From: the human T2T-CHM13v2.0 reference genome, Homo sapiens | NCBI RefSeq assembly: GCF_009914755.1 | Contig: NC_060926.1 | DNA length: 64,000 nt | Strand: one strand, 5' to 3' | The notes under the pieces: generated by a model | The model's database searches: none | Told to the model about the DNA's origin: nothing | The model's input: only the letters and a program-made list of their open reading frames with translations | Position numbers and translations under genes: made by a program | In this document: positions 17,071-31,710 of the stretch, in pieces | Layout of the letters: each line of letters begins with the position of its first letter | Numbering within the stretch: position 1 is the first letter of the stretch

Positions 17071-18423
17071 AGTGGTGGCATATGTTGCCCCTATGCCTAC
17101 CTCTGCTTAGCCTGTTCTCATCTGTAAAAAAGAAGAAATTGGCTTAGGTAGTCTTTGCCTTTTAAGGTCCTGTCTATTTTACAGGGAACATTTACTGTTT
17201 TTAGAGGGAAGACCTGCTTTCAGTTCTCATATTCCATGGCTCTGATGTTCCACAAGCAATGAGGGTGGGATCTCACCAAGTTCCCAGTAAGAGTGAACTA
17301 ATGTTGATGCCGTGGCTGCTAGGTTCCATTTTACCTGGCTCTGTTAAAAGACTGGAGATTCATGGGACCCTGTCTGCCGGTCATATCACTGTGAGGAATG
17401 CAGGCTTTGGGAGCTCAGGAGAGTTAAATGAGAGGTTTAGAACTTCAGATCATTGGCTGAAAGACCTGCCTACCTTCTCCAGAGACATTCATCTCTGAGA
17501 TTCCGTAACCTTTTGCTGTTGCCTGGTTCACCCCAGGCATTGTGTGTCAGGCTCAAAGAAACAGATTCCTTCTCTGGTTCTGAGGCTGGCCCTGGCCTGC
17601 CTACATTTGCAGAGTGGTTCTGTCTTCTAAGGCCCTGAGGCACAACCCAGACGCTCAGTGTTCCAGCAGGCAAACGGCCCAAGGTGCAAGGGGTGGAAAT
17701 GACTGGATGCAGCCCCAGGTTTTCACCTCAGCTCCAGCGATAGTTCCCTCTCAGCTGGAGCTCTGTGGGGAGGTTGAGTCATGTGTCATATGTCAGTGTG
17801 GAGGCGGGGGGCTGATTCTGGAGGAGGTGGTGATATGTTATTACCCTCTTCCTGGTGGGTCTAAATATAAGACCCTATCTGAGGGCTTTAGATCCCAGAT
17901 GTGCAGAAGCATGTGAGGCCCAGAGCAGAGGCCTCACATCCCCTCCGAGTGCTGAGTGAGAAGTGCTAAGCCAGAAATGTCAAAGGAACAACTACCAGGA
18001 GCATTTGGAATTTTTAAGGCTGTCCTCACTCCTCTCTGGGGAGGTGAGAAGGGTCAAAGCATCTGCTGTTGCCCCTTCTCTTCATCCACCAAAGAGGAAA
18101 AGAGGAAAAACTGATTCTGTTACTGCAGGAACAGAAGTGTTTGCTGAAGGAATGTCAGAGTTGGCCTCAGCTCTTCCTGAGCTCTGGGTCCCAAATTACC
18201 CATGACTGACCTCCAGTCAGTGCCTCCACTGCCCTGTTCTGGGTACAGTCTCAGCCCATGAAAGAGAATTCCCACCCAAGCCAAACTCTACATTTGCTTC
18301 CTTGCCTGATGGCCACTGAGCCACCATGAGAGCAAATGGGGGAGAGCAGTCAGCATGAGGGATGGGACCTCAGAGGAGCCTTGAGTAGGATGAAATAGGA
18401 ACAAGTAGAGGCAGATGGACTAG

Positions 18424-18795
<372 letters not shown>

Positions 18796-20262
18796 TAAAC
18801 AGAATCACTCTCTAACAGGAACATATGACATTCTCAAGGACATCCTTATTTGCATGGTGCTGTCAGCCTGGGTGAGGACAGAAACCACAGATACTTGCCG
18901 ATGAAGGGGTATGTCCAAGTGGGAACTTTCAGATACTCTGATTGATTTGCTTCCCTTCCTGTTTTTCAGATGTGTCATGAAGGAGAAAAACATTTTTTTC
19001 CTCAATAGTTTCTGATTGGGTGCTCTCCTTCAGTTCTATCCCCTACTAGCTGTGGCCTTGAGCGCATATATCTCTTAACTTTCTGAATCTGTTTCCTGAC
19101 TTGGTGTAATAATACGTGACCTGACAAGCTGTAAAATGGACTGAATTGTAGAGGTTCTCCTTGTCCTTAACATACTCTGGTGGAAATGGAGCACTAACTG
19201 GCAAAAGAAAGGGGCAGCAAGGGAGAGTGAAGGGACAGGGAAGTGAGAGGCGGCAGGAAATCCATCTGCTTAATGCTTGCGTGCTGTGCCTATGGGTTCA
19301 TAGCGTAGACGTTACTGTGACTGCGGCTCTCTGAATATGGACTCCATTTGGAAGTGGCTCAGCATTCTCCATAATTATAAGGATTCCCAAGAGATGCCTC
19401 ACTCAGGAAGGTGGTAGGTAACCATGGAGTTTGCTCCTGCTTTGGTCATGAACCAACTGTGTGATTTCAGACAAATCAACTGACTCTCCCCTCAGGCCCT
19501 CAGTTTTCTCTTCTGTAAAAGAAGGGGGTTGAATGAGTGAATCTTAAAGGTCCTTTCATTGTCCATCTCTGTATGAGGAAGCTCTGGAACAGGCAAGGAC
19601 AGTGGGATTGCACTGGGTCTCCAAGCAAATGTGCTCCTTCACTTTTTGAGTACCAAGGACACATACGAAATTTGGACATGCTAGGAGTTCTGTAGATATT
19701 GGTCCTGAGTCTGAGAACGGGACTTAACACACAAGTAAGAATAAATGATCTGTTCCCAGGGCTTCAGGGAATTTAGGTGCAAAAATCAGTGTGTGGGCTG
19801 ACCTCAAACCCAGAGTGAGTTCCCCTTCTACCCTCCACTAGCTATGGTGGGAAGCTGGTGTAGTGTAAGCGTGCTTTGAGTGTTTTTAATTTGAACCTGG
19901 CTTTATTTCTCTGTAGACTTAAGCTGAAACTTACAATCCTGGGAAAAAAGAGACCCATAGAACATCACATTATAATTAGAGACCTTCCTGAAGTTCATAA
20001 GAACAGTCTAATTTAAATTATTTCTGACAATTTCATAGTGTACAAAATGTGGATTTAATCTTAGCTCTAGTTTTAGTTTTATGAAAGACCATCCCCCTGC
20101 CAAATACTTCAATTTCAGTTCATCTAGTCCATATTCCCTTTACAAAAAAAAAAAAAAAAAAACAACGAATCTCAAATGTATCCTCTCTTGAAATTATGTA
20201 TCATCATAGGTAAGAAACTTCATTTGTTTATTCAGTATCTCAGCTTATAACACTTTAAGATG

Positions 20263-20393
20263 TTCATTTGTAAAAGTGATAAAAATATTTGCCACTGGAA
20301 TATTTATACTGTAACCACAATTTCTGATTCCAGAGAAGTTCTGACTTGGAAATCTTTATGATCAATAACATTTATCAATTATGCTGCATGAAT
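20263..20393 (+). repeat. Copy 1 of a ~130-bp dispersed direct duplication
   Basis: Aligns by eye with 21168-21300 at roughly 85% identity. Confidence 0.85.
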
Positions 20394-21167
20394 TGTGTAA
20401 GCAAATTAAGAATCCTATTTGCCTTCCTACCTCTCAGCCCATCTTATTTGCCAGTCTATTGCCTGCATTTTTGGGCTCAAGGTCAGCCAAGGATTAACAG
20501 CTTTAGGTCTGTTTGCCTTGCCTCTTATTTAGCTGAATGTAGCTCTTGAGATAACAGCATTTTGCCTGTGTACTTGAGTGAAATTTTAATCCTGACCTTT
20601 GGTTATAATTTTGGATTGCATGAATGATTCTAGTAAGGTGAGAAATCAGAACATAGAAGGCAAACCTAATTACATTTTTAATGACATTTAAAAATATTAG
20701 TGGAAAATTAGTCTGAATAATACCTGTTGTTTAAGTTTGATAAATTATTTCTTATGACAGCAAAAATACTATAATACTATTTGCTTGAAAACATTGCTTA
20801 AAATTACATTATTGGAAGAAATTTCAGCCCAGCAGCTCTCTGACATAAAATTCGATAAATGGTTTAACTATTTTATTAGAGAAACTAGGTTTTCTGAATC
20901 TAGAAGCTCATATATTGACTGTTTTTATCCCTTTCACATATAGTATAATACAGATGATCTTTCTGGATAATGAAGATCTTGAGATGAGAAGCTGCAAGCT
21001 CAGGTTCTTATACACCAAGTCTTTGTGCAAGAGAGGGTGGAACTCACTCCTATCTTGGTAACTTTATCAATAAGTCCTAGTCATGGATCATGATGGCCCG
21101 AGAAAGTGAAAGTACTCTACTCATGCCCTGTGCTTACAGTAGAAAGGGATATAGTTGGGAAGGGAAT

Positions 21168-21300
21168 TTCATTTGTAAAACTGATTAAAAAAAATCTGCC
21201 ACTGGAATAGTTATACTGTAACTACAACTTCTGATTCCAGAGAAGTTCTATTTTAGAAAGCCTTATGTTCAATAACATTTATCGATTATACTACATGAAT
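21168..21300 (+). repeat. Copy 2 of a ~130-bp dispersed direct duplication
   Basis: Aligns by eye with 20263-20393. Confidence 0.85.
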
Positions 21301-21302
21301 AA

Positions 21303-21661
<359 letters not shown>

Positions 21662-23769
21662 AGGGACCTAGTTATATAATCAAGATACAACCTTTAACCT
21701 GCCAACTTCTTGATAAAGAATCCCAGCAGTCAACAAATACTCCAGAAGAAAGAAACATGCCCTTGAAAATTAAGGCAAACTTTTCAATATTTATTTATAT
21801 TTTCAAGACAAAAAAACATAAAATTCGCTTCTTTCTATTATAGAAATAATCCATGCTCTCTATAGACATTTTAGAAAACATAAAAGATCTTAAAGAAGTA
21901 AGTAGATAAAATAATTATTAGCCATATGTCAGTGATCCAGTGATATCTACTATTAACATTTTAGTGCCATAGTAAAAGCTGAATAACCAGCATTTTCATA
22001 AGCAGTGCTTCGGATGAGGCCCATGAAAAAGGGGTTGCTTGGTTTGCTTGCAAAGAAGAGGTACAGGGAGATAAAATATTTTGTCAAAGTCACCCAGTGA
22101 GAGGGTGGCAAAACCAAAACAAAAATGCCAGGCTCTGGGATTTTCTAGCATTAGTCAGAGGTGAAAGTCTCTTCGTGACCCAAGAGCTGCTGACTGTTGT
22201 TTTTCTCTGCCATTTTCTGGCTGGTGGCTAAGGAAAGGAACAGCCATCTTCAACAGAACACAGCTGACCCTGCTCAAGGACAGACAAGGGGATGATATGT
22301 GTCAAAGCAGTTGTGCATGTGGTTTCATCCCATAGATTCCCGCAGGAGAGGGGAGGTGTTCCCTCTGTGGGGTAGGAGGGAGTGACTGGGGGTAGATTTA
22401 AGGAGTCTGGATCTGTGAACTCCTTAGCCTGAAGAAGGCTAAAGAGAATTGCCTCAACAATTGAAGACAGATAATGACTAGCCTTTGCTCCAAAGACCTG
22501 TCAAGCTAAGCCATTAGTGAAAACTTGTTTCTTGTTCTCAATCTTCTCCAGAAAGAAAAGTTTTTGGCAGCTAAGGTGGTAATGACCAACATTTGGGAGT
22601 CTCAACCCACTGCTAGGTAAAATAGCTATTGGCCTTGGGCACTAAAGCTGCCAGTGCATAGATATTGCTAGTAATCCAGCATTAGTGTTTTTCTTCTTCC
22701 TAAAATAAGCAGCAGTGTAGTCTAACTGTACCAGAAGAGCCGTAAGTTTGCATTTCAAGGTAGGAACCTGGACATGCTCCATTAACCAGCTTCCAAACAA
22801 TTGCTCTGTCGCTGAAGCTCATCTTCCTTAACAGAGGCATTATTACAGCAACCAGCATATTTTCATAGACCTTAAGACCTTCTACAAAACATTGGCAACA
22901 AAATCCCCTCAAAGTTCCAGCCATCCTGTTCACACCTCAGAATAATGTACTGTTCACTCTAGCTAATTTGTATGGCAGTGTTAGCCTCTCAGTTTGAGAT
23001 ACTACCCAAAGATCACTTACTTGGAAGTCGCAAAGTCGTAGAATATTAGAGCTAGAAGGGATCGTATAGGTTATTTATTTCCACCTTACCACTTTATAGA
23101 TAGAGAGAGGTCCTGAGAATATAAGTGATTTGTTTTCAGATGTGAAAGGGTGTGCATTTGGGATCCTGGACCTTTGTCAACACCGTCTCATTTCTCTCCA
23201 CTCCTTTAATGTGACTTACAGAACCTGGAAAACCTGGTCCCAAAGACGTGCACTTACTTGCCTTCGTCAGTCTCCTTTCTTAATGGAGCATCCTAACAAC
23301 TGATTCAGAGAGTTCTTTTTGAGGTCACCTTCTCCTGGGGACAAGGGAAGAAAGACCATTCGACCATCCAAGCATCCTTAACTCAGCTCTATTTAACCTA
23401 GAGACAAGGAGAATGTTGAGCTAAAGAGAATGATAGTAGTGTTTTCTCTTAAAGAAATAGCTTCAGACTTTGGTATTGGATTGATAGGGAATCCCATTCC
23501 AGGATGTTGACCTTCAGTTGCCCTGCATCCTCTTAAGAGTGCTTCTTTAACTCTCATCGTATGTGTAACCTGCAGAAAGGGCTGTTTCCTCCTGGTAAGG
23601 AGCAATCCTGAATGAGAGACCCCCAAAGAAGATGGAGTTGAAATGACAAAACCTCAGAACACCTGAGCGTAGTCAAAATATGAGTGCAGAAGCTGATAAT
23701 TTTAACAATTTTAACCAACTGTAACTTTTATTATAGATAGCACTTATATGGCAATGATTCATTTAGTTA

Positions 23770-24000
23770 TCCTTCTCCCTGCCTGGGTTCAAATTCTGGC
23801 CCTGACAATTACTAGCTATGTGATGCCAGGTAAGCTGTTTAACCATGCTATCCTCAGTTTCCACACCTGCATAAGTGATAATAGCACCTACTTTGCCAAA
23901 TTATTATGAAGATTAAGTTCAGTGTGTATTTGACTTTCTCTTCCCAGGGCCTACTATCATGCCAGACTAATGAGTACTCAATAATTATTTGTGAATTATT
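23770..24000 (+). mobile_element. MIR
   Basis: gcctgggttcaaattctggccctgacaattactagctatgtga...cctcagtttcc. Confidence 0.7.
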
Positions 24001-25070
24001 TTATTAGCATAATTTTCAATAAACTTCCTTGGAAGGCTGAACTTAAATAATTTCTTTGTTACATGATGCACTGAAGAGAAGAATTAGGCCAAGATATGAT
24101 TTTCTATTCATCAGAATGAGCTGAAGATAATGTTTGTCTGTAAAGAGAAGTTGAAACCAGATACAAGTTTTGAATATTTTAGGACAACGCTTGAGAAATG
24201 TTAGAATATCTCCATTTTCACATTTAGATATGTTCTTAGAATTGCCTTTTGTGTCCCATCCAAGTTGGCTAGAAGCTGATTTGAATTTCTCCGCAAAAGT
24301 TCTAGACTATGGGTACTAGATACTTTTTATTGTCTTGCTTAGCCAGCAGTGGTCTCCTTCTAAAATCTTAAGCATTTAGAGCCCATATCCTTTATTGGAC
24401 GTGTTAGTACACATTGTCTTAGGGCATTTATAGTTGTCATGGTTTGTCATTTAATTATGATAGGTTCACCTTATATTTTGATTGGCCATAGCTCCTATTG
24501 GGGAAGGACAGAGTCTTATTTCTCTCTCCCTCACAGGCCTTATCACAGTGTCATGAATAACAGTGAACTATTTGTTGATTGATAGGTCTAAAATTATGTT
24601 TGTCTTACACTTTCGAAAGTGTCATTTCTGAAAGGGAAGGTGTTGAATAGCCTTCTCTAGGGATCTTTAAAAATAATGTAGGTTCTCACCTGATTGGGGT
24701 GAGGAAAGGGAGGTCTTTGGGGGCAATGAAATGGCCTTTGGTTCTGAAACTGGAATTGTTTGAACTTCAGTTTGAATGTACATTTGAAAATAACGTGTTA
24801 AAAGTATGACAGGATATTCTATTCAGAAGATGGGGCTGGGGCCAGGCCAAGGATGTGGATATATAGAAAATGTTCTTCAGCTCAGAAGAGAAGAGTACAG
24901 GGCAATTATGAGAACAAGAGCACAGAGTTTAGAGCACATTTTGCACAGTTGGCACATTTTGCCAGGCCTTACAGGTCCAATGCACTGTTTCTGGAAGAGA
25001 GCAGGAATACTAGTTTTCTATCACTGCCATAACAATACCACAAACTTAGTGGCTTAAAACACCTGTTTCT

Positions 25071-25736
<666 letters not shown>

Positions 25737-25799
25737 GTTATCTTACGATTCTCTAGATCAGAAGTCCAGTATGAGTCTCACCAGGCTAAAATACTCTTC

Positions 25800-26250
25800 T
25801 CCATTTCGAAGTGTCCCAGGCATCTGAGGCTTAATATATCCTAAATGGAGGTCCACTCTTCACCCCAAACCTGCCCCTCCTACTGTCTTCCTCATCTTAG
25901 TAAATACCAATTCTATTCTGGTGGTTGCTCATGTCAAAAACTTTGGAGTGTTCCTTAGCTCTCCTTTCTTCTAAGCCCTGTTCAACAAATCCAGTTGGCT
26001 GTACATTCAAAATTATACCTAGAATCTGATTATTTCTCGCCATCTCACAATCTCTCATCTGGATCCCTGCAGTAACATATTTAACTGGTTTTGTTTCTTC
26101 TCCTCATAATCTATCCTCTGCACAGTAGCCAGAGTGATCTTGCTAAAACATAAGCTAGATCTGTCACTCCTCTGCTCACCACAGTCAGTAGTCTCATTTC
26201 ATTTGGAATGAAAAAAACTAAAGACATTATGATGGCCTAAGAGGGTGTCT
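25800..26250 (+). mobile_element. L2 fragment
   Basis: cccaaacctgcccctcctactgtcttcctcatctta and cacagtagccagagtgatctt are L2-like. Confidence 0.65.
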
Positions 26251-27171
26251 CTATTACTCTGGTCTTCCTGTGCTCACCATTATAGGTGTTGCCCCTCCCT
26301 GATGTTTTGGATCATCAGACATTGAAGTCTCCCACCTGGCCATGGCCATGGGTCATCCTGGTGGCAGATTTTAGGTCAAATAGGAGTTCCTGGTCCTCCA
26401 CATCCTCTGGCTCACTCCTGACTTCTCCTATCGCCATTGTGATAGTCATCAGAGTCTGAGTGTAGGAGATGTTCTTGCCTGACTCAAAAAGTTGATAAAA
26501 ACATTCCTCCACAGGGTTACAGACTCCTCAACCCAATGACAAGCCCAGGGTCATTTTCTGGTTCTGCTGCTCTTGTACCTAGTCAGGCCAAGTAACTGGA
26601 ATGGCAGTTGTTTCTGTGATGCATACCATTGTTGGAGTTTGAGGAGGGGAAAGATGCTCTTAGAAAAAGGGAAGGGTGGAGTGGGGTCATTTCTACTTTA
26701 TGTTAACCATGTGAGTCTTCCAACATCTCTCTGCTTAGTTGGTTATACTCGCGGGAATTTCATGCATCTCAAAGTACACAAGCATCTTTGAGAACAATTG
26801 TTGCTTGTTATTGAATTCAGTAGCTGGTAATGAGGTGAAGGATGTAGACAAAGCCTTTCCTTAAAGAATAGCAGGGTTGGGATGGTGTGGTATACATCCG
26901 CTTCCTCCCCTTGCACTGTTCTTGTTACTTAGACGGTTCAATGCATGCTTTTTAAAAACAAAACTGACACATTTGTAAAAGCTAATGAACGTATAAGATA
27001 ATAAATTGGTTATACACAAATAAGGCCTAGAATACACACATCTTATTACTGGAATTCAATATCATCGTGGCCAAGAAAACTGAGAACGGGGCTAAGATCA
27101 GCCCAGGGCCTTTTTAGGACATCTGATGTGGCAGTAGGGTTGATGTGTCATGTCCTGCTTTTGTCCAATAG

Positions 27172-27318
<147 letters not shown>

Positions 27319-29522
27319 TAAGACACAAGATGGCGCTCTTGACTCATTAGTTCTTTGTGAAAGCGTCTGGTTAGAGGGATAATAAATAGTTTGCAAGCAA
27401 TTTCTCTCCAAACCTGACAAAGCCTGATTGTGAAATATATTTTCTTTGAAAAAGCAAGGGGGGCTGGGGGGGACAGAGAAGAGGATGTTCCTGAAAGATA
27501 ACATACCCCAAGGAATAATAAGACCATGTTGGAACAATTGCCTATTTTTAGCACTCAGCTTTTTCTGAGATACTCATTTTTTGTACTTTGCACGATAAGA
27601 CTACGAATGGAATTGTGGATTAAGTAATCTGTCTAAATGCTAGTGTTTTCTTTTTAATTACATACTTTCTCTAGTATTCAGTGAAAACATATGTATATCA
27701 TATTGCTGTATTCACTCAGACTAGCATTGAAATGTATCAGAAAATGTTACATCAGCGCTATATCTTACTCTCCATCCCTTAATTTCCGTCTCAGTGGAAA
27801 ATTGTGCGGAAAGAGGTCTGTTTGGAGAGCATTTAAATGCAAGTATACTTTCTATTCTGTGTATTCATTAGTGGTTTGTACAAGAGGTTGGGTTGCCTTT
27901 CATTGGAATCGGGCTGATGTATGGCCAGCTCACGGCTCTAGTTATGGAATATGAAGCTATCCAGGGACTCCTTCCCAACCAGGGTGCAGATTGAGAGATA
28001 ATTTGTACCTTCCATATGTCTCTTTCAAAGGAAGGCTCTGGGCAGGCTGGGAGCCATTTAACTGCCTTAACAATACAAGTGTTGACCTTTCCTTATCTGC
28101 ACAATCACACAGCTATCACAGCCTTTAAAAATTTCTCCTGATTGCAATTTGCATTTCTGATTAGGTCTATTTATATGCAGATGAGGCTCTCTGATGTTCA
28201 TCATCATAATGTTATCATTTTATACCTAATCCAGATGTGAACAACCACCAACCACTATTCCAAAAATGATTCCCACCCAAGCCAGAGTTAGTCTTTTTGC
28301 CTTTTTCGAATCACAAAAACAGGTCACAGCGATTAGAGGAGCAGACGAAGCACCTGGCTTTTTAAATTAATAGTCTGGTGAACATTCAAAAGGATATAAG
28401 AATGCAGGAGCTAAAAGCTGCATTGTGTATAGTAATAAGTCAGAAAATGGGAAATAGTGTCTGGAATGATTTGTGTGTGTGCTTTGATTTTTTTTTACAA
28501 ATGGTTTACCCCTCACCATTTATTTAATGTGGCAACATAATTTCCTGAATATCAGGATTAAGGTGTAGCTTCTCTTTAGCAAAATAATATGTACTTTTGA
28601 TAAGAGATCATCTATATTTTTTTCCTTTCTTGTTATGTATTTGTATACAGACCAGGTGTTCAAAAATTTCTTAAGGTGATAAATGTGAGGCAGCAAAGAG
28701 TGTGTGTTTTTGGCGGGGGGGAGGGGGGTGTATATGTTTAGATAGACCCTTCCACTCTATTGACTCCACTTAGCTTGCTTCTGTGCCCAGCCAAGCTTCT
28801 TCTAATAATCTCATATTCTCTCACCACTCATCTCTTCCATCTTGGGAGAAGCCTCCAGATCTCCAGATGTGGAATACGAGTAACTAAGTCTCTACTGCCT
28901 GCCTCGGGACAGAGTGGATCCCAAGAATTGGGCAATTGTTAGAAAAGGATCCTTATCCCAACTTAGTTTAAGGCTTTGTTTCTCTCCCCCTAGTGTAACC
29001 TCCTGCCCTTTTAATGTCTCTTGGTTCCTGTGCAAATGATGAATCAGATTGAACTAGGCAATGTCAGCAATAATCAGTCAGCAGATTCTCAGTGTGATTA
29101 TGTGTGCTCATGTGTGTTCAACACTTGCCATTGTCACAACCTTAATGGCTGACGTGACATTCTTGGACAAGAATGATAAGAGGTTTTATTTTATTTTATT
29201 TTAAATCTTAGCATATTTACGTACATTGTACAGCTTTTTTCTTCCCCAAACCAGGAAAAATATGTTGGGTTTATATTCACCAAGTTATTTACTTTAAAAT
29301 TACTCTGTCAATTAGAATTGCACAGTTCTCTTTGAAGGGTTATGGATTGACCAAATGTGTGCATCCTGTGTGAGTGCTACTTAATTTCTAGTGCTAAAAA
29401 TGTATCCTTTCCCCAGAAAAGCTCTTTGATGAAAAGTACAGAAATTAAGCATTTATGTATTTTAAAAAGGCATTCAAATTATTTACCTGTGTGTTTCATT
29501 GGAATCGATCTCAGTTCAGTGC

Positions 29523-29563
29523 CTGTCTGTCTGTCTGTCTCTCTTTCTCTCTCTCTCTCTCTC
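29523..29563 (+). repeat. (CTGT)n/(CT)n microsatellite
   Basis: ctgtctgtctgtctgtctctctttctctctctctctctctc. Confidence 0.85.
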
Positions 29564-30947
29564 CGCCCCCTCAGTGGAGAAAAGCAAATGAAAAATAATG
29601 ACAAAAATCCTTTGAATCCATTTGGCTTCAGAATTAATTTTTTTTCTATTTGAATGTGACTATTTTCAGTGCTTTGGAATTCTTGTCAGTGAAACAATGA
29701 AATCCTTTTCAGGGTATGTTGGGATCCAGAATACTGCGTGTGGCTTCTTCCTCTGGCTTTCCTCACTGACCTTTTCCCGGCAACCCTTTCTTTACTGGAA
29801 ATAAATTGAGTAAATTACCCAGTAAGGGAAGAAAATAAAACCTTGACGGAGTCAGGTTTATGATTTATGAGTTAATGAAGTGCTGGTTACCTGTGAGCCT
29901 CAGATGTCAATAAAACAGGTAATTAGGAAGGTTCCCTGGGTATTGTCAGGAAATAGGTGGCAACTTGCCTTGATGTGGTTGATTTGCCTGTACATGGGTC
30001 TCCTTGCTTTTCCCTTTTCTTCCTTTATCCACCTTCTCCTTTCTCTTGACCTTCACATTAGAAGATCACACACAGGGTCATCGTGACCTGCTTTGAAATA
30101 CTGCGTGACTCACAATCTTTCCCACTTTGCAAACACACAGAAATTACCTGCTGATTGGCAGAGCATCCACTATTTGCTGAACCTGTCAGCATGTGTCATC
30201 TCGTCTAACGCCTTTGCTCCAAAAAAGTCACCCCTCTCTGACTGTCACTGCTCTGTCTGCTGCTATTTTTCCCCAGGAGTTATAAGAGAGCAAATGAGTG
30301 AATATCATTTCTCTCAACATCAGTGGATTCAACTGTCTCTCATGACTCTTTACTGAGGACTTCTTTAAAATTCCAAAGGCTTAAAAGGATCTTGAAGATG
30401 ACCTGGATATATTTTTCCCTTAAAAAGAGATCCGTTTCATAGATATAATTGCAAGAATCAATAGAGTTAGTGGAAATATACAATTATGTTGGTCTCTTGA
30501 CAAGCAGGTATCTTTCCTTAGCTTTGAGTCTTTGGCTAATGACCCCCTTGACTTCCATAGAGGGGAGTGAGGAAGGCTGTGGGCATCAGTGTGGGTGGGT
30601 TCACTGGTCAGTCACTGACAGCTGCATCATCTGCCCATTTATTTGGGGCCAGGTATGAGCTGACTCTGTCCATTGTCTCATCACACATTGAATATTTCCA
30701 CTTTATTCCTTGTGGAAAAATGCAGAATGTTTTCAGGATTCTCAGCAGAAATGTCTTTGGCTGGAAATGGACAGCACAGGCTGGCCTGAACATTCCAGTC
30801 CCTGAAGCTGGTGATTATCCCTTCCTAAAGAGAATTTCCCTGCAGTACACAATTCAAAAAAAGGACAGCTCATGATCATCACCAATTTGCATTTCGGCTT
30901 GTTTCCCTCACTAAATCTAGGTTGTTCCAAAGTCACCTGGACCCAGC

Positions 30948-31388
30948 TGTATTTGTTTCTTAGGGCTGCTACAGCGAATGACCACAAACTCGGTGGATTA
31001 AAGCAACAGACATTTATTCTCTCACAGTTCTGGAGGTCAGAAGCCCCACATCAGCGGGTCAGCAGGGCCACACTCCCTTTGAAGACTCTAAGTAAGAATC
31101 CGTCTTTGCCTCTGCCAGCTTCTGGTGGCTCCAGCTTTTCCTTGGCTTGTGGCAGTATGATTCCAATCTCTGGCTTCGTTTTCACATGGCCGCCTTTCCC
31201 ACGTCTTTGGGTCTTCTTTTCTGGTCTCATATAAGGACATAGACTTAGGGCGTATCCTAATTCAGGATAATTTCATCTGGGGATCCTTGCCTTAATTACA
31301 TCTGCAAAAATTCTTATTCCAAATGAGGTCGCATTCTCAGGTTCTGAGTAGACATATCTTTTGGGGTTCACAATTTAACCCTTTATAC
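30948..31388 (-). mobile_element. MLT1B/C MaLR LTR
   Basis: tgtatttgtttcttagggctgc...tctcacagttctggaggtcagaag...ttaattacatctgcaaa. Confidence 0.75.
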
Positions 31389-31469
31389 CAACCAACTTTT
31401 ATGTTTACCACATTCCCTGAGAAACTAATTTGCGGGCAAGATACAAGACAATTAGCTCAATGATCATGG

Positions 31470-31710
31470 AAAAATAATAGCTGCTAAGATCTGTCAAGTG
31501 CTAACTGTGGGGCAGGTACAGTGTTCTGTGTTTTAGAAACAGAAATGCATTTAATCCCCACAGCAACTCTGTGAAGTAAGTACTGTTACCACTATTTTTT
31601 CCAGATGAGAAAACTCAAGGATGTTAGGCAGGCTTGCTTCCCTCCTTTTCAGGGAGGAAAAATGATTTGAATCTGAGAAGTTTGACTCTAAAGCCCACAT
31701 GTTTTGCTAC
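31470..31710 (-). mobile_element. MIR
   Basis: atttaatccccacagcaactctgtgaagtaagtact...cagatgagaaaactcaagg. Confidence 0.7.
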
